In this document: positions 20,650-29,829 of the stretch, piece after piece
Position numbering within the stretch: position 1 is the stretch's first letter
Layout of the letters: each line of letters opens with the position of its first letter
The notes under the pieces: generated by a model
What the model saw: the letters and a program-made list of their open reading frames with translations, nothing else
The model's database searches: none
What the model was told of the DNA's origin: nothing
Source: Paraphysomonas bandaiensis
Taxonomy: Eukaryota; Protista; Chrysophyceae
DNA: 29,829 nt
Direction: 5' to 3'
Assembly: GCA_965644295.1 (NCBI GenBank)
Contig: CBFFRP010000161.1
Span: forward strand, 1-29,829
Made by a program: the position numbers and the translations under genes

Positions 20650-22224
20650 ATGGAGCCTGCAGAAGGAGATGCGAAGACAGAGCTTACTCTGGAAGACTTG
20701 ATGCAGTATATGCGTGAGCAACGTGAGTATATGGAGCAGCGTTTTCATCAGCAACAGGCGTTCAATGAGCATGTTCAACGGAGTCTTGAGGAGATCAATC
20801 AGAGGAGATCTGGAAGGTCATCGAGAGCTAATTCAGAAATTATACAAGCTGATCAGCTTTCGGAGATACCGTTTGAAGAGTCTAAATCAGATGGTCATGG
20901 GAATGGTGAACAGCCTGTAGCCGCAACTATTGAGCGACGTGAGCAGCAGTATATTGACCCTGAGTTGTTGCATACGCGTATAGAGAATGCTGTGCGTGAG
21001 GGTGTATTGAATGCTACTCAAGCTCTCAGGAGTGAAGAGGAGCGACCACCTGTCAGACCTAAACGTCAGACTATTCAGGAAGCACTTCGTGAAATCGATC
21101 GTCAACCGAAGGCTAAAGTTACGTTGACCAAAGAAGACGATTCATACTTGGAGATAAGGTTGTCGGAAATTACTTTGGATGGGTTTTTGGTTTTCTTGGA
21201 ACGAATTGCTGAGTTTGAGAAATGTCGTGATAATGGACCAATTCCTTCTGTGTTTACATTGTTGGAAGGCAGGGCTAAGGAAATGATTAGGTTTACGTTG
21301 ATGGAATTATATCCTGATGATTATACTGAACCTTTGGAATGCATAGATGCAAGTGTAACGCGAGTTATTGAGGCAGCGAAGTATCAGTTCAGACCTTTGG
21401 ATATGATGGATTTTAATTCGATGTTGCTTGAGTCGTGTTTGCCGTACAGAGTAACAATGGACAAGTTGGAGGATTTTCGTCGTGTCGATGAGGATCTTTG
21501 TATTTTGGAAACGAAGTTCAATCAGCGGTATGATTTCTTGGAGGAGGCTGCTAAGATGAACAAACTTGATGAGAGTATACCTTTAGTAACGACTAAGAGA
21601 GGTGGTTCGTTGGAACAGTGGATGAGTCTTATTCCTGCGTGTATGAGAGATACTACTAAGAGACTTATGAGGTCGGAAAATTTCCCTTCAGTAAAAGCTT
21701 TTCTGAAAGAATTCTTTAAGCAGTTGAAGATTACTAGGGATTTGTCGTTAAAATATAATCAATTCAAAAGTCGTTTTAATTTTCGAACAAAATCGTCTGC
21801 TGTAGATAAGCGACTACACCAAATTGAGCAACAAGTTTCTGACTCAGAATCTGTGAGTGATGAGGAGCAAAACGTGCTGAAACATGAAGAAGATTTGTAT
21901 GCGGCTGAGGTATTGAAATCTTCCCCATGTTTTAGAGAATTGACGCAAGATGGTGGGTGCAAAGATAAGTCATGTAAATTTTCACATGATAAAGCTGTTT
22001 TGACTGAAGCTCTTAAGAAGATGACTGAAAGAGTGGGGTTAACAGTAATGCCCAAACCAAGTATTAATGCACCACCTCAACGTCGATACAGTAATTCTCC
22101 AGCTCAATTGAAAAGATATCCTGGGGATAGAAAGCGTCCTGGTGATGTACGTATTCTTACCAGAGATCAACCTGATGTTGAAGAGGTTCAACAAGGGGAT
22201 GACAATCCTTTGGATGACCTTTGA
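20650..22224 (+). CDS. gag: Gag with C-terminal CCCH zinc finger
   Basis: 524-aa ORF1 between LTR and pol; N-terminal coiled coil; CFRELTQDGGCKDKSCKFSH at 21928-21987. Confidence 0.9.
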   Translation: MEPAEGDAKTELTLEDLMQYMREQREYMEQRFHQQQAFNEHVQRSLEEINQRRSGRSSRANSEIIQADQLSEIPFEESKSDGHGNGEQPVAATIERREQQYIDPELLHTRIENAVREGVLNATQALRSEEERPPVRPKRQTIQEALREIDRQPKAKVTLTKEDDSYLEIRLSEITLDGFLVFLERIAEFEKCRDNGPIPSVFTLLEGRAKEMIRFTLMELYPDDYTEPLECIDASVTRVIEAAKYQFRPLDMMDFNSMLLESCLPYRVTMDKLEDFRRVDEDLCILETKFNQRYDFLEEAAKMNKLDESIPLVTTKRGGSLEQWMSLIPACMRDTTKRLMRSENFPSVKAFLKEFFKQLKITRDLSLKYNQFKSRFNFRTKSSAVDKRLHQIEQQVSDSESVSDEEQNVLKHEEDLYAAEVLKSSPCFRELTQDGGCKDKSCKFSHDKAVLTEALKKMTERVGLTVMPKPSINAPPQRRYSNSPAQLKRYPGDRKRPGDVRILTRDQPDVEEVQQGDDNPLDDL

Positions 22225-25200
22225 GCACAATCACTGATAGCGGCTATGCGAGATTACAATGATACTTCCAGCAGATTTCGCAATGCCGTACATAGGCAAG
22301 GAATGATAATAAATAATTGTGGTGATAAGATTAATGTGGAAATGGTTTTATTTGATTCCGGATCATCTTCGGATAATTTTATTTCATCAAATTTTGTTAA
22401 GAAGTGTGGGGACAAATTGTTAAAAGATATGGTACATAAAAAGTTGAGGGTTAAAGTAGCAGACGGACATCAGATTGAACTTAAAGGATATATTCCTGTT
22501 ACAATTGCTTTTGAAGATGAGGGTAAGACCTACAAAGCACAACTTTCACTGTATGTTTTGGACGGTTTGGCAAAGGATATTATTATAGGATTACCGGCAA
22601 TCTGTGAGCATTTTTCCGAGTTATTTATGAATATGATTAAGAAAGCATCACTGAGTGCGGGGCAATCAGTTAATTTAAATGAGATAGAAGTTCTTGCCAA
22701 TATTGGTGAAGACATTGACGAACTTAGGAGATATATGTCGTCAGGACCAGTGTGTGATCCTTGGGAAAATCCAATTCCGGAACAGTCAGAGGAAGATGAT
22801 ATGATTCCCGAACCATGTAGTTTTGGAAGTTTAGTGACTTTTTTGGAACAGTCAGTGGATGAGGCTAGGGAGAAATATTTTAGTGAACTAGAATCAAAAG
22901 TACATCCTGATTTCGCTCAACAAACTGATATATTAAGAGTTTTGAGAGAGGATGCAGTTGACGTCTTTGTTCCTAGAGAGTGGACTGGAATTCAGCATGT
23001 TCCTGAGTTAAAATTAAAGGTGAAAAGTACTATTCCTGATAGAATTAAACCAAAGAATATGAGAAGGATACCACCTATGTTATATGAACGTACTAAGGAG
23101 GAGTTCAATAGGATGTGTGGATACTTTTATCGTCCCAGTACGAGTCCTTATGCATCACCAATAGTAGTAGCACCCAAGGCTACGAAACCTTTTATTCGAA
23201 TATGTGGTGATTACAGGCGTGTTAATTTAGAAATTGAAAGTCCGCATTATCCCATACCAGATGTTATAAAAGAATTACATAAAGCAGCTGGGTATAAGGT
23301 GTTTATTGATTTAGACATATGTAATGCTTTCCATGGTATTAGACTTCATGAATCAGTTTCAGCACTGTTGTCAGTTCAAACTCCATGGGGTCAGTTCGAA
23401 CCAAAGTTTATGCCAGAGGGAGTTTCTCCGGCAAGTGGAGTTTTGATGCATGTAGTGTCTGATATTTTCAACGAATTCTCAGAGTGGATGGTGGTGATAT
23501 TTGACAACTTACTGGTGTTAGCGTATGATTATCAGGATGCTATTGAGAAATTCAAGAAGGTCATTAAAAAATGTACTTATTATAATGTCGTGTTGAAATT
23601 GTCGAAAAGCAAATTTGGCTATTCATCAGTGGAATTTTTTGGCTATCTTTGCAAGGACAACACTTACCAATTAACTGAGGCCCGAAAATTATCAGTAACT
23701 GCAATTGAATTTCCAGAAGGGAAAAACAAGACAAAACAAATGCAGAGATTTCTTGGAGCGGCAATATATTTTAAACCTTTTATTCCGTTATATAGTGACC
23801 TTACTCATAAGTTACATGACATGACGAAGAAGAATTTTGACTGGAATGAGAATTGTTGGAAAGTAAATTACAGGGAGGAATTTAGTAGATTTAAAGAGGC
23901 GATTCTAAAATCTCTTACTCTGTATCATCCCGACTATTCTTTAAGATGGATCTTGATGACAGATGCTTCGTTTTATGCATGTGGAGGTGTGTTATTACAA
24001 ATTTTCATTGATGCCAATGGTCAAGAATTCTATCAAGTAATTGCAATGGTGTCGAAGAAATTTTCGGAACCAACATTGAAGTGGTCCACTATTGACAAGG
24101 AGTGTTTTGGAATATTCTTTTGTGTATATGCCTTGTCGTATTATTTGAGAGGTAAAAAGTTCACGATCATGACGGATCACGCCAATCTTAAATGGATGGA
24201 AGTTTCGGTTGTTGACAGAATAGTACGCATGCGGATGTTTATACAGAATTTCAATTTCGACTTGCTTCACTTCAAGGGAAAGTTAAATAGATTTGCTGAT
24301 TGGTTATCTCGTAAGGATCAGGAATCGGCTGTGGCTCATGTTATGTTATTGTCTGTTTGTATGGAATGTTTTCCAGAAGAAAGTGTCGCATGTGGTGAAG
24401 TAGTTATGTTTGAAAATACGGACTTACTACCAGATGATCAGCTTATTGAGCTTAACCAAGTAGGGGAATGGAGTTCAGAAACCGACGATGTAGCTTGTTA
24501 TGCAGCGTTTCCAGCTGAGATACTTGCAGCTTTAGATGAACTAGCGGCTCAAGGTATAAAACCTAGTTCACCCAAAGAGGCGTTCGACTTAGTACACAAT
24601 GGTCGGATAGGTCACCATGGAGTTAAACGAACATGGTTAAAGCTGAGTAAGGTATTTCCAGGTCACAAGTTAACCACAGAGGTGATACAAGATTTCATAG
24701 ATCGGTGTCCCATTTGTCAGAAATTTAATGCGGGAATGAGTGCTTCCTTGCAGGCACCTATCAGAGCTTTAGACTCCGAGCATTGTAGACATTACGTAGG
24801 ATTTGACACACTCTCTGTGTCTCCTCCTGACAAGAAAGGGCATTGTTGTATCCATGTTGTAAAGCAATTGCCATCGCGTTTGGTTGGTCTGTATCCAGCA
24901 ACTGATTACACGGCGGTTGGAGTAGCGCGAGCGTTGTTTTCTTATTTCGTGACGTACGGAATATCGGAAGTGTTAATTTCAGACCCAGGTTCGAATATTA
25001 CAGCAGAGGTTGTTCAGTTATTGTTGAAATGGTTTGGTGTGCGCTTTAGAATGTCTTTGACAGATAGACATGAGTCCAACATGGTGGAGAGAACTCATAG
25101 AGAGACATTACGATTTCTAAGTGCTCTTGTACATGATGAAAGGTTGCAAGATTGCTGGGGAGAGCCGGAGTGCTATATGGTAATCCAGTTCATACTGAAT

Positions 25201-26190
25201 GATGAAATAAGTAGCGAAACGGGATTGTCACCTTTTGAGTTTACATTTGGTACAATAGACAAACCTTATTTCAAATTGTCAGATGCTGTGTCAGATTCGG
25301 TTGATACTACGGAGTATTTATCTCTTATAAATCAGAATTTGAGAACTATACGTGAGATTGCATGTGATGTTCAACGCAAGATCCAAGCAAAGAGAAAATC
25401 CAAAACACCTCCGGAGACACTTACGGAATATCAACCAGGACAGCTTGTTTTATTGCATCCTAATTCTTCGAAATTTAAACCGTCAAAACTATATCCTAGA
25501 TTTAAAGGTCCATACGAGGTTGTCTCTACGTACAAAGCAGATATCACCTGTACACATATTGTAATGCGATTTGAGGTAGTCTTTCATATGTCTTGGCTTA
25601 AACCATTTTTTGGTACCCATGATGAGGCATTCCGCATTGCTTTAGTAGACTATAACCAGTATGAAGTGCGAAAGATTGTGGCTTATCGGGGAGATCCTGA
25701 AAAGAGATCTACTATGGATTTTCTCGTATTATTTAGCGATGATTCACAAGTGTGGATTCCATACAATTCCGATCTTGCAACAGCACGGGCTTTTCAGCAG
25801 TATTGTAAAGACGTTCCTGCGTTATTTCCGCTTTTATTTTCTGCTAAGGAAGCTAAAGAACAACGACTACGAATGCGGAAACAGCAGATTGATGGAGTTC
25901 AACCAGGCCAAGAGGTGTACATCAACCTACGAGCTTGGGGAGCAGACTTCTACGACGCATTATCATTACCGGATTGCTATGTCACAAATTATGTAGTATT
26001 ATGCCGTTATAAACGATGGGCAGGCAAACGCCGTCTACGCATCGATTTATACTGCCCACTCTTCGACAATACCTATGAATGGAGTGCCTATGATGTTTAC
26101 TGCTATGGACTATGCTTCGACTTCAATCCGTCTACCATGGTGCTTGTTGATTCGGAGTTTTGCAAGAGTTTTCCTGATATACTCTTGTAA
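22225..26190 (+). CDS. pol: Pol: protease, RT, RNase H, integrase, chromodomain-like and extra C-terminal domain (first ATG 22246; in frame with gag)
   Basis: LFDSGSS, RICGDYRRVN, DICNAFHGI, IFDN, TDAS, TDHANL, HHCC, SDPGS, ERTH, GPY, YEVRKIVAYR...FLVLF. Confidence 0.97.
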   Translation, partial: AQSLIAAMRDYNDTSSRFRNAVHRQGMIINNCGDKINVEMVLFDSGSSSDNFISSNFVKKCGDKLLKDMVHKKLRVKVADGHQIELKGYIPVTIAFEDEGKTYKAQLSLYVLDGLAKDIIIGLPAICEHFSELFMNMIKKASLSAGQSVNLNEIEVLANIGEDIDELRRYMSSGPVCDPWENPIPEQSEEDDMIPEPCSFGSLVTFLEQSVDEAREKYFSELESKVHPDFAQQTDILRVLREDAVDVFVPREWTGIQHVPELKLKVKSTIPDRIKPKNMRRIPPMLYERTKEEFNRMCGYFYRPSTSPYASPIVVAPKATKPFIRICGDYRRVNLEIESPHYPIPDVIKELHKAAGYKVFIDLDICNAFHGIRLHESVSALLSVQTPWGQFEPKFMPEGVSPASGVLMHVVSDIFNEFSEWMVVIFDNLLVLAYDYQDAIEKFKKVIKKCTYYNVVLKLSKSKFGYSSVEFFGYLCKDNTYQLTEARKLSVTAIEFPEGKNKTKQMQRFLGAAIYFKPFIPLYSDLTHKLHDMTKKNFDWNENCWKVNYREEFSRFKEAILKSLTLYHPDYSLRWILMTDASFYACGGVLLQIFIDANGQEFYQVIAMVSKKFSEPTLKWSTIDKECFGIFFCVYALSYYLRGKKFTIMTDHANLKWMEVSVVDRIVRMRMFIQNFNFDLLHFKGKLNRFADWLSRKDQESAVAHVMLLSVCMECFPEESVACGEVVMFENTDLLPDDQLIELNQVGEWSSETDDVACYAAFPAEILAALDELAAQGIKPSSPKEAFDLVHNGRIGHHGVKRTWLKLSKVFPGHKLTTEVIQDFIDRCPICQKFNAGMSASLQAPIRALDSEHCRHYVGFDTLSVSPPDKKGHCCIHVVKQLPSRLVGLYPATDYTAVGVARALFSYFVTYGISEVLISDPGSNITAEVVQLLLKWFGVRFRMSLTDRHESNMVERTHRETLRFLSALVHDERLQDCWGEPECYMVIQFILNDEISSETGLSPFEFTFGTIDKPYFKLSDAVSDSVDTTEYLSLINQNLRTIREIACDVQRKIQAKRKSKTPPETLTEYQPGQLVLLHPNSSKFKPSKLYPRFKGPYEVVSTYKADITCTHIVMRFEVVFHMSWLKPFFGTHDEAFRIALVDYNQYEVRKIVAYRGDPEKRSTMDFLVLFSDDSQVWIPYNSDLATARAFQQYCKDVPALFPLLFSAKEAKEQRLRMRKQQIDGVQPGQEVYINLRAWGADFYDALSLPDCYVTNYVVLCRYKRWAGKRRLRIDLYCPLFDNTYEWSAYDVYCYGLCFDFNPSTMVLVDSEFCKSFPDILL

Positions 26191-26406
26191 ACAGGTTTTA
26201 TTCTTCTATTATATTATATTATGATAATATTTGCAATATTCTTTTATTTCTATTATAATACTACCTTGTCTATCTAGTTTATTCTCAATATCTGTTTAAA
26301 TCTGATTTTGTTTGTTTATACTTAGAATGACGCTATCTAGTATGGCTGATTTAAGTATTTGCATACATGAATCACAGTCTGTATTCACAATCTAATTTCT
26401 CCAGCT

Positions 26407-26423
26407 GGGGGGAAAGAGGGTAG
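26407..26423 (+). promoter_or_regulatory. Polypurine tract, family A
   Basis: GGGGGGAAAGAGGGTAG before the 3' LTR. Confidence 0.9.
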
Positions 26424-26885
26424 TGTAACGCAGTACTGGTTATTTTCTGCGTTGGTAGTAGTATGATATGTTACTCTTCTGTTGTACTCTCTAACACGTA
26501 CAGAGTGTTTTTGTATTTTCAGTTTCAGTTACACTTTTCAGTTTCTACTCTTTCAGTGTATACACGGAGTGTTGAAGCTGTAGATACGTACCGGATAAAA
26601 TACTTCTGATCTGGTGTGTTGTGTGCTGAAGTGAAATGCTGAACATGATGTTGTATGTGTGTGTTACTGTAGAGTTGTATAGCAGTGTTACTCACTTTTC
26701 TATTACACGTTTTAAATAACGATTTATTTAAATTCTTTCGCGGTTTGCGTCTGAGTTGAGGAACATCACCCGCTGGTGAGTTCAACAGTGTAGCAGCCCG
26801 CTGGCGTGCACTTAAAATCTTTTTAAAACGTTGTAGATCAGTGTTGTTTTTGCTTGAGCATACGTTGTTCTTAAGAACAACTACA
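26424..26885 (+). repeat. 3' LTR, family A
   Basis: Direct repeat of 20123-20584. Confidence 0.97.
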
Positions 26886-27845
26886 CACCAGCAGATTTTC
26901 CACCTTAGAGTTACGCAGCTCCCTTGGTTTCAGAGACTAACAAAGATCGACAAGGAGGGAATTTAAAATTCGCTCACAGGTCTCAATGAAATAACTCAAA
27001 TCCAGTCCCAAGTCCCCCGGAAGAAACTGACAAATCCACAGACCTGCGTAAGACTCCACCAAGACACCAAGACACCAAGACACCACTCAACACACTGACA
27101 CAAGACACCCCTGCACAACGCACACAAGCAAGGCACACAGACAGGTCTATCTAAATGATGTGTATCAAGAATTAATCACAAGAATTCTTGTGCGAGCAAA
27201 TAAGTAAATATTTACTATGACGTAACCCGGTTTGATAACCAGAATCACGGCTCGCAGTACAGGTATACCACACAAACACGCAAGTGTAAGAACAATGTAT
27301 TATTAATTATGTTTTGACTGCTCTAGGAAAAACCTAATGCCCAGTTAATGATTTCCGCCAGAAATCACCACGCAGGTAACACCGCCAGTGCAACAAGATC
27401 GTTGGCACCAAGCACTTCGGTTAAGCCTAAACAAGTGCATAACACCATAGCATACATGTTACACCCCCTCCTACTCCTCAACAACATCACAACATCCTGC
27501 AACGTCACAACCACCCACAGAAACGTGTTTATTCTATAAACTGAATACACACAGCAACCTAAGGAGCAACGTATAACCGCATACTAATAGTACACCATAT
27601 CCTACGTCTACCTAAATACCCATACAAAAACAGTATACCGCCACTTTGGTGTATTTTAGCATTCAAGAACCCAAAACCCCTAATATCCAGGTAATACGTG
27701 AATACAACCCTGCATACCAGGTATTGCACATCACAATTAATTCCCCACTGAGTCTGGTATGAACACTCGTGCACCTCGAGTATATAATATCCATTCTCCC
27801 TTGATGTGATATGTACTTGCCCCCCTATAGGGTAGTATGGGTAAT
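26886..27845 (-). mobile_element. Truncated 5' LTR (27216-27845) and leader (26886-27215) of gypsy family C
   Basis: Homology to LTR B in reverse; continuous with 20122 and the family C gag once element A is removed at its TSD. Confidence 0.75.
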
Positions 27846-28171
27846 TGGCTGATTTAAGTATTTGCATACATGAATCACAGTCTGTATTCACAATCTAATT
27901 TCTCCAGCTGGGGGGAAAGAGGGTAGTGTAACGCAGTACTGTTTATTTTCTGCGTTGGTAGTAGTATTATATGTTACTCACTTTTCTATTACACGTTTTA
28001 AATAACGATTTATTTAAATTCTTTCGCGGTTTGCGTCAGAGTTGAGGAGCATCACCCGCTGGTGAGCTTAACAGTGTAGCAGCCCGCTGGCGTACACTTA
28101 AAATCTTTTTAAAACGTTATAGATCAGTGTTGCTTTTGTGTGAGCATACGTTGTTCTTAAGAACAACTACA
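27846..28171 (+). mobile_element. Family A fragment: 3' UTR, PPT and internally deleted LTR (27927-28171)
   Basis: Matches 26343-26885 with a 217-bp deletion between two TGTTACTC copies. Confidence 0.9.
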
Positions 28172-29540
28172 CAGTAGGTAACTCACACCCCCAACCCAAT
28201 ACACATTCGGGGGTGCCGCAATAGTCGGGCTCCCGCCGAAACACCAATGGACCAACACAAAGGTCAAAATACTTAGACTCACCGCACCTCATACGGACAC
28301 CCCGAGAATACACGCCTACTGCTATGAAACTCGTGCCACCACGGCAACCCTTACGGTGACAGGTTCCTCCCACTACACAATCTCCCTCTGCACAGACTGT
28401 CAAGCCGTCCACACTAGAGCTGCAGAGGCCCTCTCTGGCTCATGGAGAGCACTTGGTTCTAAATCCCAAGGTATCTTCTACGAATGTTTAGCTGCCCTTA
28501 CCCACACTAGACGCCTCATACACTGGGTACGCTCGCATCCAGAACGTCTCACCACAGACAAAACCAAATGGACCTTTCGAGAAATGGGTATCTTCATTGC
28601 TGATGCGGCAGCAAGTGGACATTGGAAACCTCTTGACGATCTCATTGTAACCCGTAATTTTACCAAGTCACCACGGCCAACGTCACTCAGCTCATGGAAG
28701 ACTTTCTCACTGCCGGACAGTGGCACTGGCGTCGCTATGACATACATCTCCACTCCGACATAGGACCACTTCTCGGGGACGCACTCGACCTTAGCTTCAA
28801 ACACGACCTCCAGCAATACACCACCCGGGACGGTGTCTACGGCCCCCTTTCGAATTGTGATCCCCTTTACTGGACACAGAGCGGAGCAAGGCTACCATAT
28901 AAACTCCACCCTCTCCGCACCCACAACACCCCCCGACAGTGCCCGAGAAACTGACTACGTCTGGGACAAGATATACACAAACGGTTGGAACATGCAAAAG
29001 GAAAACAAGAGAACGAAGCTACAGCTGCGCGAAATGTACCGACTGCAACCATGACCACGACAGCATCGCACATATATATGGTCCTAGAGTGCTCTCACCA
29101 TGACCTCGCACAAGCTAGGGAAGAAATATACCACCAACACCGCCAGGCCATTGACAAAGCCAAGAACATCACAGTCCTCCGACCACGGTTTTCCACTGCT
29201 CTCACCAAAATCTCCTCCGCAGCCTGGAATCCCAACAATACCCCCCAAGTTGAGAGATACTGGACGGCCTCCCAACTAGCAAACGCATTCGGCCACCACA
29301 TCTCCACTGCCATGCAACCCCAGGAATTCCACCAGCTCTAAAAACTAATAATAAAAATACTCAGATCACTTTACAATGGCTTCCGCATGCTTAAAGACAG
29401 AGGAAGGCGGCATATCCAAGCTCTCACTCCCAGCATACAGACGACAACGCACACTACCGAACCAAGCCAACACGTTCACAGGCCCACCACGCCAATACTA
29501 AACCTCCTCCAGGTCTCCTTCACCCCCAAAAATCCTTGAA
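28172..29540 (+). pseudogene. 3' part of a non-LTR retrotransposon ORF2 with RNase H and CCHC motif, degenerate
   Basis: CTDCQ, HWVRSH and GIFIADAAA (RNase H-like); KCTDCNHDHDSIAH...LECSH across a frameshift; C/A-rich coding strand; several frameshifts and stops. Confidence 0.7.
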
Positions 29541-29829
29541 CCAACCCCCCCCCCACGTACTCCCACCACGTACAAAAGACAAACGCTCATCACATTCCCC
29601 ACGCGGCCTCAACCACCTACAGCGCGCTCTCTCCTCCTTACCACACAATTCAGTCTCGCCTCAAGACTCCGAAGCGCATAGTCCCCACCTCTAGTACAAC
29701 AGAGGTGTTACCTAAAGGTCGGCCCCCTGACTAAATTCATTAGCCGGAACAGTTGCACCATGGTGCTCGCAGCAATGCACAACTAGTTCCGGGACGCTAA
29801 CAGATAGGTGATATTGCTTGTTACCTACA

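Larger units (their letters stand above)
20123..26885 (+). mobile_element. Complete, intact Ty3/gypsy LTR retrotransposon (family A, 6763 bp) inserted in the leader of family C
   Basis: 462-bp TG...CA LTRs that appear identical, TSD CACC, gag and PR-RT-RH-IN-chromo ORFs, PPT. Confidence 0.97.

Noticed and set aside
22222-22224. Genome-wide UGA reassignment to Trp or Sec
   Set aside because: Long ORFs use TGG for Trp and have no internal TGA; UGA appears only at the gag/pol junction; no SECIS recognised

Overview
Eukaryotic, transposon-dense window (protist-like; host not determinable) with no recognisable host gene. It contains: (1) several members of an unusual Ty3/gypsy chromovirus-like lineage, including one complete element with apparently identical LTRs (20123-26885) nested in a related minus-strand element; (2) two nested Ty1/copia elements (5384-11841 and 6412-10088) whose 5-bp TSDs define non-canonical AG...CT termini, the inner one encoding an intact IN-RT-RH ORF but no gag or protease; (3) a decayed Sola/DUF7869-like DDD transposase; (4) an AT-rich, virus-like cassette of three short genes sharing an upstream motif; (5) the 3' end of an RNase H-bearing LINE. 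The gypsy lineage departs from the norm in several ways: RT catalytic motif IFDN instead of YxDD in two diverged families, gag and pol separated by a single in-frame UGA in three copies, a CCCH rather than CCHC Gag zinc finger, a palindrome instead of a tRNA primer-binding site, and an extra conserved domain after the chromodomain. All calls were made by eye; no searches were run.
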